The notes beneath the pieces were generated by a model. That model searched no databases and was not told where the DNA came from. It was given only the letters and a program-made list of their open reading frames with translations. A stretch of 64,000 nucleotides of DNA from a virus: positions 7,606 to 71,605 of the IMG/VR virus record IMGVR_UViG_3300023251_000001; one strand, given 5' to 3'. A program made the position numbers and the translations under genes. Positions 9,361 through 17,765 of the stretch are shown here, in pieces. Position 1 is the stretch's first letter. Every line of letters begins with the position of its first letter.

Positions 9361-10826
9361 TAGTATACCCTTTTTATGCTATGAGACATTGCCTTCTTTC
9401 CAGAGACAACTTCGTCGTTGGATGCGCCTCTTTTCTGTAGCCAATGAGCCATGATTAGCGCGTCTCCAAAATCTGGCGACCTGTCCGGATCGATGATCTT
9501 AGTTTTGCCCTTCATGTCTGGTTCGACGCGATATCCAATCAGGTCATTCTTCAACTGGTCGCGATGTGGCCCTTTGGCTATTGCGATAGTTCCTTCTCTA
9601 AATCTTTCTCTTAACTCCCACCCGATCTGTGCTTTGAGGTTAGTAAATCTTTCTTTTACATTCTCATCTGGTTTGCGTTGTGATATCCATCCACGAACAG
9701 GTACGTGTAGCTCATACTTAAGTTTATCATATGGACCGCCGCCTAGTCCGTTTTCATCTATTACGGCAAAGCCACCCCAATCTGAGTAGGCTTCCTTAAA
9801 CATCAAAGCCGCTTTCATAACGTTTGGCGTTCTTCCTGCTCTGATATTGCTAACAACGTCACCGTCTAACAGCATCATTACTGTTAGATCGTCACCCGCT
9901 CTTGCAATATCCATGGCGCATACGCGCCTATCTTCATCTCTCATACATTTGGCTAGTCTGTCTTCAGTGCATGCTGCTTCGACCCATTCATATGGGATAA
10001 GTGCATCGTCAGAAGCTGTAGGCCACCGGCCTTCAATTCTAGCTTGATACATTGGGGATTCTACTCCCCACTCAATTTGCCGATTTTTCACCACTTTGTA
10101 GGACATGATGCCAGGAAGAATATCTTCCTTAAGCAAGTAGTTAGGTGTGTCTAGGCATGAAACCTGGATGACCTTCCTGATCTTCTTAGACTCAAGGTCA
10201 AGATTCTTAGCATCCGTGCAGGCTTCATACATCCATCCGGACAGTCTCATTGGGTTTGTGAATGCAACAATGTGCGAGTTGCTTGAAGTAGCACAGCCTT
10301 GGATTGCTTCTCTTACTACATCCGGTACTCCAGTAGCTTCTTCGATAATCGCAAGGAAGTTAGGTGCGTGGTATCCCTGAATCTTCTCTGGATTCTCTTT
10401 ATCAACGGCAAAAATCCCGGCATACCAACCTGGGCCTAAGATAAGGTCATGCGCTTGTAACTTTCCTTCGCCTAAAGGTATCTTTTGTCCTAACTTATAC
10501 CACGCCGCCTGTAATTCACCCCAAATTTGCTTGCGGATCTGCTCGAACTTCGGCCCGACTACAACCACTTTAGTGCTTCCTTCGGCATATCCATACAGAG
10601 GTGAGTGTGCAAGCAAGAAAGCAAGTATTAATCTTCCGCCAATGAACGTCTTTCCGACTGCGTTTCCTGTGTAAACTAGAGTTTCGTCATACTCGAAAGC
10701 TGACTGAAGAATTTCAACTTGTTTGTCCCATACTTGTTCTTCTAGGATGTCCGTTACTAATCTTTCGGGATAGTTAGGTAGGTCTAGCTGGTGGAGTAAC
10801 TTAGCTGCTTGTTCGATTTGGTTCAT
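9360..10826 (-). CDS. terL: terminase large subunit
   Basis: Walker A GNAVGKT, Walker B LAIIEEA, FTNP coupling motif, RNase-H-like MDIARAGDD ... SPDFGDAL; start likely MNQIEQ. Confidence 0.92.
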   Translation of the reverse strand: MNQIEQAAKLLHQLDLPNYPERLVTDILEEQVWDKQVEILQSAFEYDETLVYTGNAVGKTFIGGRLILAFLLAHSPLYGYAEGSTKVVVVGPKFEQIRKQIWGELQAAWYKLGQKIPLGEGKLQAHDLILGPGWYAGIFAVDKENPEKIQGYHAPNFLAIIEEATGVPDVVREAIQGCATSSNSHIVAFTNPMRLSGWMYEACTDAKNLDLESKKIRKVIQVSCLDTPNYLLKEDILPGIMSYKVVKNRQIEWGVESPMYQARIEGRWPTASDDALIPYEWVEAACTEDRLAKCMRDEDRRVCAMDIARAGDDLTVMMLLDGDVVSNIRAGRTPNVMKAALMFKEAYSDWGGFAVIDENGLGGGPYDKLKYELHVPVRGWISQRKPDENVKERFTNLKAQIGWELRERFREGTIAIAKGPHRDQLKNDLIGYRVEPDMKGKTKIIDPDRSPDFGDALIMAHWLQKRGASNDEVVSGKKAMSHSIKRVY

Positions 10827-11034
10827 TATGTCCTGCCCAGCCTTGTTCTCGTATCGGTAGATTGTATTTATGAAGCCAGTTAAGTATGGTGTTCTGAGAA
10901 CATCCAACGAAGTCAGCTATTTGCTGTGCCGTTTGTTTCTTGTTAATGTAATGAACTACCAAAAAAGTTCTATCTCTCCAAGTAAATCTCTTCTTAATGA
11001 ACGGTTTCTTTGGTTTCTTCCTCTTCCCCGTCAT
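10801..11034 (-). CDS. small HTH DNA-binding protein
   Basis: HYINKKQTAQQIADFVGCSQNTILNWLHKYNLPIR. Confidence 0.7.
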   Translation of the reverse strand: MTGKRKKPKKPFIKKRFTWRDRTFLVVHYINKKQTAQQIADFVGCSQNTILNWLHKYNLPIREQGWAGHNEPNRTSS

Positions 11035-11035
11035 G

Positions 11036-11497
11036 TTACTCGAACCACTCAGCAGACAATGAAACTTGCGTGTTAGCTGTCTGACTTGTGACAAGTAACA
11101 GATATTGCTCATTTTGTTTAAGAACGAATTCTCCAGAACCAATTGGGCCAGTCGCCATTCCAACACCAGACGATGGACCGATGAAGCCTTCGCTCAAGGC
11201 AGTACCGTTGCTACCGATTGTAGGCGTGTGTGTAGCGACAACAGTCGTAACAGCTGCGCTATTCCTATCGGTGTTTAGTTCTGCTAGTGCTGTGCCAACG
11301 CCAGTCAATGTAGGATTCTCAAACAACTGGACCTTTACAGCTAGAGTAGCGTTAACCGAAAAGGTAGCGTGACATCGCACAGCTGTGTCCGGAGTAGTAA
11401 TAACGATAGCTGCAACTTCCGCAGCATCTAGGTCAGCATCAATGAAGTGCGTAAGGAAGTATTTCCCATCACCCTTGAAAGGAATTGTCTTTTGCAT
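11036..11497 (-). CDS. hypothetical virion-associated protein
   Basis: Thr/Ala-rich beta protein, EFVLKQN..Y...EWFE C-terminus; AGGAGA SD. Confidence 0.55.
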   Translation of the reverse strand: MQKTIPFKGDGKYFLTHFIDADLDAAEVAAIVITTPDTAVRCHATFSVNATLAVKVQLFENPTLTGVGTALAELNTDRNSAAVTTVVATHTPTIGSNGTALSEGFIGPSSGVGMATGPIGSGEFVLKQNEQYLLLVTSQTANTQVSLSAEWFE

Positions 11498-11667
11498 AAT
11501 TTAATATCTCCTGTTTTGATATATTGGAGAAAAAGGGCAGAAAACATCTCCGCCCTTTTTCTCGCGGGGAGGGAAGTTGCCAGAATTTCACTGGCCTTTT
11601 AGCCGAGGGCTAAAATCTTTATAGTGCTGTAGGCTTATAATGCGTGACTATAAGCCTGAAAGCTTAT

Positions 11668-11769
11668 TTACACCTTGTGAGTAGTGGTCGGCTGGCAATT
11701 ACCCAAGCCTCTTCCAGTCTTCGGGCCTTTGCCTGCTGGGCCTTTACCGTCTCTGTTTCTTTTGTTCAT
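11668..11769 (-). CDS. DUF5320-like micro-protein (33 aa)
   Basis: Manual translation MNKRNRDGKGPAGKGPKTGRGLGNCQPTTTHKV matches the DGxGPxGxGPxTGRGxGxC signature; GGGAG SD; below ORF-track cutoff. Confidence 0.7.
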   Translation of the reverse strand: MNKRNRDGKGPAGKGPKTGRGLGNCQPTTTHKV

Positions 11770-11789
11770 GTTGTCTCCCTTTTCTTCTC

Positions 11790-11865
11790 TGACGGGCTAG
11801 TGGGAATTGAACCCACGACAACACAGCCTTTCTCGCGAGTTGCCGTGTAGCCCATGCTATAGCCC
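11790..11865 (-). ncRNA. tRNA-like RNA with non-canonical anticodon arm, abutting the tmRNA 3' end
   Basis: GGGCTA/TAGCCC acceptor-like stem, T-arm GTGGG-TTCAATT-CCCAC, central ACACGGC/GCTGTGT stem with 14-nt loop. Confidence 0.6.
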
Positions 11866-11867
11866 TG

Positions 11868-12192
11868 TGGTGTAGGTGGCGGGATTCGAACCCGCGTGTT
11901 GTTGCGTTCTTTGGCAGGATGCCACTAGGAATCTCCAGTCTTTAAGTCGCAGCCGGTTACTAGGACTGGCAAAGTTCGCCGCCTGCTATTCGCGGTTGTT
12001 AATCAGCTAGGTTATTGCGAAGCTTGCTAGTTGATATAGCTATAGTCGATACTTTTCTCGAAGGTAACTATCCCCGCAGAGAAAGCAGTTAAATACTCGT
12101 CGTAAATAACGTTTGTTTGATTGTTCTCGGTTATTGTTAATGTTGCCTAGCACCTGAACATTTCTCGCACCAATCGATACCATGTCACCCAC
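11868..12192 (-). ncRNA. ssrA: tmRNA
   Basis: 5' GTGGGTGAC..GGTATCGA; 3' GCGGG-TTCGAAT-CCCGC-CACCTAC-A-CCA with G3.U70 Ala identity pair and A73; 325 nt; ATAACC resume context and internal ORF 12128-12027; promoter at 12204-12232. Confidence 0.92.
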
Positions 12193-12203
12193 ATGTTTGT
12201 TAC

Positions 12204-12232
12204 ATCATACCACAAAAATCCCAATCCGTCAA
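12204..12232 (-). promoter_or_regulatory. promoter for tmRNA
   Basis: gacTTGACG-17bp-TATGAT. Confidence 0.8.
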
Positions 12233-12245
12233 GTCGTTAAAAAAT

Positions 12246-12266
12246 GGCGGGGTAGTTAGCCCCGCC
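12246..12266 (-). terminator. intrinsic terminator
   Basis: GGCGGGG/CCCCGCC stem followed by T run on minus strand. Confidence 0.7.
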
Positions 12267-12291
12267 GTAGTATTTCGTTTGCTATGCTACA

Positions 12292-12771
12292 CTACACACC
12301 GGCAGATGTGATGGTCCACGTTGCTGTAAGACTATCGCCTTCGGCTACGTTAATAGCTGCGAAGGTCTGATGAGCCAACAAGTCTCCTGCTGACGACGCA
12401 TTGAGCAGTCCAACTTCTGTGATAGCGAATGAAGCACCAGCCGTGAAATTAAACGTCACAGGGATAGTCGCTACTGCGGCAGCCGTGGATTCGCTTGTAG
12501 AATCAATGCGTGCGCCGCCAGCCGTGGTAATCTCTGACTCAAGCGTTGTGTCGCCAAGTACAGGTGTCGTAGTTCCAAGACCTATCGCAACAAAAGTAAA
12601 ACCAACAGACTCTGCTCCGATAAGCATTTTTGCGACTTCTGTAAGACCCATCGTTGTGATGATGTTTAGTATTTCTCTAGTAGCAAATACCTCACCATCT
12701 GAGTGTGCGGCAACCAGTTCAAACTCTCCGTGAAGGCCTAGGTTGTCCTTTTTTTTCATTCTGTCCTCCAT
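12292..12771 (-). CDS. virion structural protein (tail-fibre/collar-like)
   Basis: NIITTMG, AIG.GTT, AITEVGLLNASSAG.L, GDSL..TWTI motifs. Confidence 0.6.
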   Translation of the reverse strand: MEDRMKKKDNLGLHGEFELVAAHSDGEVFATREILNIITTMGLTEVAKMLIGAESVGFTFVAIGLGTTTPVLGDTTLESEITTAGGARIDSTSESTAAAVATIPVTFNFTAGASFAITEVGLLNASSAGDLLAHQTFAAINVAEGDSLTATWTITSAGV

Positions 12772-12783
12772 AGCAAGCGAGCT

Positions 12784-13029
12784 TTAACTTGTTTCTTTAG
12801 TACTCGCCGCAAGATCTGCGGCTTCTTTAACCTCTATTTTAATAGTAGATAAGTCCGCCCACTCCCCAGTTTTAAGACTTACCTCTTGATTCTTAAGAAC
12901 TCCATCGACAACAGTGCGGCGCTTTCCACGCTTATCAACAGTTTCGCCTTCTGAATTCTTCTTAGTCATTTCCATTTGCATAAGATTTGCCTCTCTATAT
13001 ATAATCCTTATTTGTGAATACAATGACAC
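12784..13029 (-). CDS. hypothetical protein
   Basis: ORF fills gap in operon; start may be the internal Met. Confidence 0.45.
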   Translation of the reverse strand: MSLYSQIRIIYREANLMQMEMTKKNSEGETVDKRGKRRTVVDGVLKNQEVSLKTGEWADLSTIKIEVKEAADLAASTKETS

Positions 13030-13032
13030 GAA

Positions 13033-13728
13033 TTACGTTGAATCTAACCATTCTTCTACTTTTTCTCTTGTTGAATGATTGCCGTAAATATGATGGAAGT
13101 CTTTGTGGCATTCCTCGCAAAGAGTTACCCCGTTACTAATCTCAACGCGAGATTCTGGATTGTCAGCATAACTATCAATATGATGAGCGTTAAGATTCCC
13201 GCCAGTGCTATCTCCGCATTTTTGGCACGTAAAGCCGTCACGTTCAAAAACTTCAAATCGCCATTTTGAGTAGCCAGGAACACAACGACCATGTACTCTT
13301 TCTTCATCAGTCAATTTAGGGTTCCAGTTATTGTTAAGATGGCCTTTTTTAGCACTCATAATATCTTTACTAAGACAGCCACAAGACTTCGTGTGTTTTC
13401 TAGTTAAGTCTCTTCCTGCAACATACACAAAATTCCCGCAATCGCACTTTGCTAACCATATTACCTCTGAACAAGAATTTCTTCTTTCGGTTGGTTTAAC
13501 CGCAACAAGCCTGCCAGACCTGATTCCAGTTATATCTCTAGCTTTTTCACATCCGCAAGATTTTTGCCCCCTAATAAGGTCGCTGCTAGCAACATAGACA
13601 AAATTCCCACAATCACACTGGCATCTCCAAACAACATTGCCGGAAGAATTTCTTTTTTCTGTAAGATTAACGACAATTAACTTCCCGAATCTTTGTCCTG
13701 TCAAGTCAAGTATCCTACTGTCCATCAA
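13033..13728 (-). CDS. HNH homing endonuclease (copy 2 of 3)
   Basis: DLTGQRFGKL..WRCQCDCG repeats; ERDGFTCQKCG..NAHHI..NGVTLCEECH. Confidence 0.9.
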   Translation of the reverse strand: MMDSRILDLTGQRFGKLIVVNLTEKRNSSGNVVWRCQCDCGNFVYVASSDLIRGQKSCGCEKARDITGIRSGRLVAVKPTERRNSCSEVIWLAKCDCGNFVYVAGRDLTRKHTKSCGCLSKDIMSAKKGHLNNNWNPKLTDEERVHGRCVPGYSKWRFEVFERDGFTCQKCGDSTGGNLNAHHIDSYADNPESRVEISNGVTLCEECHKDFHHIYGNHSTREKVEEWLDST

Positions 13729-13740
13729 TTATCGCTCCCT

Positions 13741-14049
13741 CTACACAGTCGCAGAAAGAACACGAATCTGAATCCTGTTGTTGTTCTTATGAGCATCCAC
13801 AACACTAGGAGCGACAGCCAAATACGTATCAGTCTCCATTCCTGTAGTGTCCCACCAATAATCATAAACACCAAGACCTGTCTGGACCATGACCACTTCA
13901 GCTAGAACAACAGTGTCAAACGCAGGCTCTCCTGAATAAACTGTAATGCTTGGGACTGAGTCTGCATTAGCGATACAGTCATCTGCATCATAAGTACTCA
14001 CTCTAAACCTAACTGAAGAACCGGCATTCACACTATCAATCTTAATCAT
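13741..14049 (-). CDS. small Ig-like virion protein
   Basis: GVYDYWWDT motif; within virion gene cluster. Confidence 0.45.
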   Translation of the reverse strand: MIKIDSVNAGSSVRFRVSTYDADDCIANADSVPSITVYSGEPAFDTVVLAEVVMVQTGLGVYDYWWDTTGMETDTYLAVAPSVVDAHKNNNRIQIRVLSATV

Positions 14050-14057
14050 TTTTACTC

Positions 14058-16772
14058 CTAGTTTTTGTATGCCTTAATCGCTGCCTTTAAGATTGAAACA
14101 GCTATGTTTGTTTCTGGAGAGTACACTAATCCGCTGAACTTTGCTCTTTCAGAAAGCACAATCGTATCTGTCAATATCCTAGCTATGCCAAATAATGCAT
14201 CACCGGATAATCCAAGCGCCTCTTCTTTTATCGAATCTATTGATTTGACAACAGCTTCAGCGATTTGGATAATTTCTGAAATATCTAGTGGAGGTAATGC
14301 CTTTCCAGCATAAGCAGCGAGAGAAAGGACTTCTGTGAATAATTTTACAGCGTCAAACGACACGCCGTCTGTAAAAGCAAGTTCTTCTGCGACATCGAGA
14401 AGAACCCCTGTTAAGAAACTATCATCTATGTTAAGTATTTCTCCGAAAGCCATAGCTATGTCGAAGTACAAGATGTCATTGAAGTTAAGTGTTTCAGACA
14501 TCTTCTTCTCTATAGCGGCTACAAGTGCAGATGCAATCTGCATCTCCTCAGCTGCCGCTAAACCAATACTCTCCGTCAATTCATCAGAGATTGATAGAGT
14601 CTCTGACTTTTGCAGCAAGATAATAAATGCTGCTTGCTCAGAGATAGTCATCGTCTCTGAGATGCCTCTTACTATGTCGAATAGTTTGCTATCATCTACA
14701 GAAAGAGTTTCCTCTTTGATAATGATAAGAGATATTATTCTGGTAAAAGAAGCCAATAGCGAGAGCGTTTCTGCTCTAGTAATATCTGTGCCAAACAGCA
14801 TATTGCCAGAAATACTAATTGCATCGATTATACTTCTAGCAATGCCAGAAGAGACTGAATCAGATAAATTGACTGCATCTGAATACGTGTATGCTCCTCC
14901 TTGAGAAACTACGCCTAGAAGATTTATCGTTTCAATGAAAAGCCTGTGAATATTTGCCGCGTCACCGTCTGAGAGAGTCAATTCATCTGTTAATATTTTA
15001 ACGATATCGATAACTCTAGTATAGGCTGCGTCTAATGAAACCGTTTCAGAAGTATTTTTTGCAGCATCAAATAGCTTGTTGTCATCAATGGAGACAGATT
15101 CTTCCTTTATAAGAGAAGTAGCTCTAATGATCGAATCTGAGAGTGATAGCCCTTCCGCTTTATTAGCGAGGCTGATATTAGATGATACCCCATCAGATGC
15201 ATTTATCACCTCTGAAATATCTCTCGCGACATCAAACGACTTACCATCATCAATAGAAAGAACCTCTCCCTTGATGAAAGACATCGCTTTAACAAAAGAT
15301 CCTAACAGCGACAGCGTCTCTGTTTTCGTAATATCAACGCCATTCAATACATCGCTAGCGATACTAATCGCTTCTATTATACTTCTAGAAATCTCTGAAG
15401 AAATCGAGTCAGATAAATTCAACGCATCTGAATACGTATATGCTCCACCTTGAGAAGCCAAACCGGAAAGATTCATCGTCTCGATAAATATCCGATATAG
15501 ATTCGCCGCATCCCCGTCAGATAGATTTAGCTCTTCTGTCACCATTTTGACAATATCGATAATTCTAGAGAATCCAGCGTCTAACGAAATTGTTTCATCA
15601 ACGTTAAGTTCTCTTCTCAAAGAGAAGGCATCCAATATGCTTAACTCATCTTCGAGCAAACGCGCAACATCTTTGACAATTGCGTCAGATAATCCTAACT
15701 CTTCTTCGAGGAAAGAAGTTACGGCCTTCACAATCGCGTCAGATAGGTCTATAGTCTCTGCGAATATTCTTCCGCATGATTTATCTATTGTATCAGCCAA
15801 ACTGATTTCTTCGGCAATAGACCTCGCCATAGAGTATCTTGAAGAGTCCGACACATTCAATTCTTCAGTCTTAGTGATAAACAGGTCGTATATTTCTTCG
15901 GCCAAAGCGTCGATGTTTATCGTGTCAGAATACGTTGATGCTATCCCTTTGGTAATGTCGTCAGATATTCCTAAACTGTCAGAGAAGGGCTTTGATGTTG
16001 AGCTGTATTCTTCGTCAGATATTGTTAAACTAGCTGACAGAGCTTTTGAAATAGCGCTAGCAATTGTGTACGACAATCCAAGATTCTCAATCAACGCTCT
16101 TGAAATCGCATTCTGTTCATCGTCTGAGATATTGATGTCGTCTGTAAATATCTTATGCAGCAATACACCGATATGATACGTATCGTCAAAAGTCAATTCC
16201 TCGGTTAGAAGATCTAATATTATCGAAGAGGTTGGCGAAGCGGTTATGCTTATCGTGTTAGAGAAGATCGTAGAAATGGCCTCAGACACTGACGTTGATA
16301 AATCAAGGTCTTCCTCAAAGATTCTAATAATATGAGCAATATCTCCGTCAGATAGTCCTAGCGTATCTGTGTACTCACGAACAAATGACTTGACAATACT
16401 CTTATCTCCAGAGATATTCACTGTTTCTGGAGCAGATTTGCCAGCACCTTTGCCCGGTGAGCCGGTAACTCCCATGCTCTCTACGTAGCTAACGCCGACA
16501 GCCTTGGAGATTGTGTCAGATTTGTCGATTTCTTCCGAGTAAGTTACTCCAATATCTCTTGAAATATCATCGGATTTGTTAACAGTCTCTGAATAAATAG
16601 CCCCAATGGCTTTTTGCATTGCATCAGACTGACTTATCGTGTCGGCATATATTACTGCAACGGCTTTGGCGATAGCCGCAGCCGCGCTGATCGTCTCAGG
16701 CAGTTCTTTAGTGAACGCCGCTGTTCCTTCACCAGCATAGACTGTCTCTCCGTATAAATTAGATCCGTACAT
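14058..16772 (-). CDS. long acidic repeat protein (~19-20 aa E.l.lSD repeats), probable virion fibre
   Basis: Dozens of E(T/E)(L/I)x(L/I)SD repeats; recent internal duplication; N-terminal MYG...YG...YAG. Confidence 0.6.
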   Translation of the reverse strand: MYGSNLYGETVYAGEGTAAFTKELPETISAAAAIAKAVAVIYADTISQSDAMQKAIGAIYSETVNKSDDISRDIGVTYSEEIDKSDTISKAVGVSYVESMGVTGSPGKGAGKSAPETVNISGDKSIVKSFVREYTDTLGLSDGDIAHIIRIFEEDLDLSTSVSEAISTIFSNTISITASPTSSIILDLLTEELTFDDTYHIGVLLHKIFTDDINISDDEQNAISRALIENLGLSYTIASAISKALSASLTISDEEYSSTSKPFSDSLGISDDITKGIASTYSDTINIDALAEEIYDLFITKTEELNVSDSSRYSMARSIAEEISLADTIDKSCGRIFAETIDLSDAIVKAVTSFLEEELGLSDAIVKDVARLLEDELSILDAFSLRRELNVDETISLDAGFSRIIDIVKMVTEELNLSDGDAANLYRIFIETMNLSGLASQGGAYTYSDALNLSDSISSEISRSIIEAISIASDVLNGVDITKTETLSLLGSFVKAMSFIKGEVLSIDDGKSFDVARDISEVINASDGVSSNISLANKAEGLSLSDSIIRATSLIKEESVSIDDNKLFDAAKNTSETVSLDAAYTRVIDIVKILTDELTLSDGDAANIHRLFIETINLLGVVSQGGAYTYSDAVNLSDSVSSGIARSIIDAISISGNMLFGTDITRAETLSLLASFTRIISLIIIKEETLSVDDSKLFDIVRGISETMTISEQAAFIILLQKSETLSISDELTESIGLAAAEEMQIASALVAAIEKKMSETLNFNDILYFDIAMAFGEILNIDDSFLTGVLLDVAEELAFTDGVSFDAVKLFTEVLSLAAYAGKALPPLDISEIIQIAEAVVKSIDSIKEEALGLSGDALFGIARILTDTIVLSERAKFSGLVYSPETNIAVSILKAAIKAYKN

Positions 16773-16793
16773 ATTATTTCCTTTTATCTTGCA

Positions 16794-17753
16794 TTATGAG
16801 ACGTTCGATACTCCATTGAATTGCTTGATGTCTCCGATTACTACTCCGTTGATTGACTTGATGTCTGCGATTGCTACTCCGTTGATTGATTTGATGCTAG
16901 AGGTTATTGGCTCTTCAACGCTGAATGTCTTGATGAAGCCGTCATTGTCAGCGCCTGTATATGCCAGGATGAAGTGGGTGGCGTCAATCATTACGAGAGA
17001 GCTGTAGTACGCGTAAGCAGCATCATGTTCAATGCTGTCTATCTGCGTAATATTGTCGTAGCTTCCGTCTATGCTGAATGTCTTGATGAAACCGTCATAG
17101 TCAGTTCCTGCATATGCCAGGATGAAGTGGGTGGCGTCGATCATTACGAGAGAGTTGAAGGACCCATTAACAGTATCATGTTCAAGGCTGTCTATCTGTG
17201 TAACGTCATAGTCAGCCCACTCATATATGTCGAATCCATCAACGGTTGGAAGCCACTCTACCTTTTCGCCAATCGCCGTCTCTGTGTAAATGCCGATGGA
17301 AATGTCTTTGTGCGGTAGGTCACTTAATTTTTTGAACGTAATGGCATTATTCCAATCAGGCCGAACTACGTCAAAACTAAACTCCTTGCCGTTCCCGTCT
17401 GGTATTGGTTCGGTTACAGTTACAGTTTTGTCCTCAGCGTACTTCAGAGTGAACGCCTTAGACATCTTGCTACGCTTGCCTTTTCTGTTGTAGAAACCAA
17501 GTACATCAAACAGGTCTTGTTTCCCAGTCCAGTCGTTCAATCGTATCTCTGCCACCCTGACGGATTTCCCAGCCCCAACCATCATCTTGTACGAAGACTT
17601 CAGAGACATGTCGATCATTGAGCTTTTGTCGCTTTTTTCAATTACTACAGATCTAGTTTCGTGTTTATAGTTCTTTACGAAACCATCTTTTGTAATCGCA
17701 CTATCTTTAGTACGTAAGGTATCTATAAAACTTCTTGATTTTAGTTCTTGCAC
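16794..17753 (-). CDS. virion protein with tandem ~53-aa beta repeats
   Basis: TQIDSxEHD...SLVMIDATHFILAY.G.D.DGFIKTFS twice; C-terminal IKSINGV triple repeat. Confidence 0.55.
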   Translation of the reverse strand: MQELKSRSFIDTLRTKDSAITKDGFVKNYKHETRSVVIEKSDKSSMIDMSLKSSYKMMVGAGKSVRVAEIRLNDWTGKQDLFDVLGFYNRKGKRSKMSKAFTLKYAEDKTVTVTEPIPDGNGKEFSFDVVRPDWNNAITFKKLSDLPHKDISIGIYTETAIGEKVEWLPTVDGFDIYEWADYDVTQIDSLEHDTVNGSFNSLVMIDATHFILAYAGTDYDGFIKTFSIDGSYDNITQIDSIEHDAAYAYYSSLVMIDATHFILAYTGADNDGFIKTFSVEEPITSSIKSINGVAIADIKSINGVVIGDIKQFNGVSNVS

Positions 17754-17765
17754 ATTACACCTCAG

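Noticed and set aside
16920-17210. ~159-bp tandem repeat as a DGR template/variable repeat pair
   Set aside because: Both copies are in-frame protein repeats, differences are not adenine-specific, and no reverse transcriptase is present.
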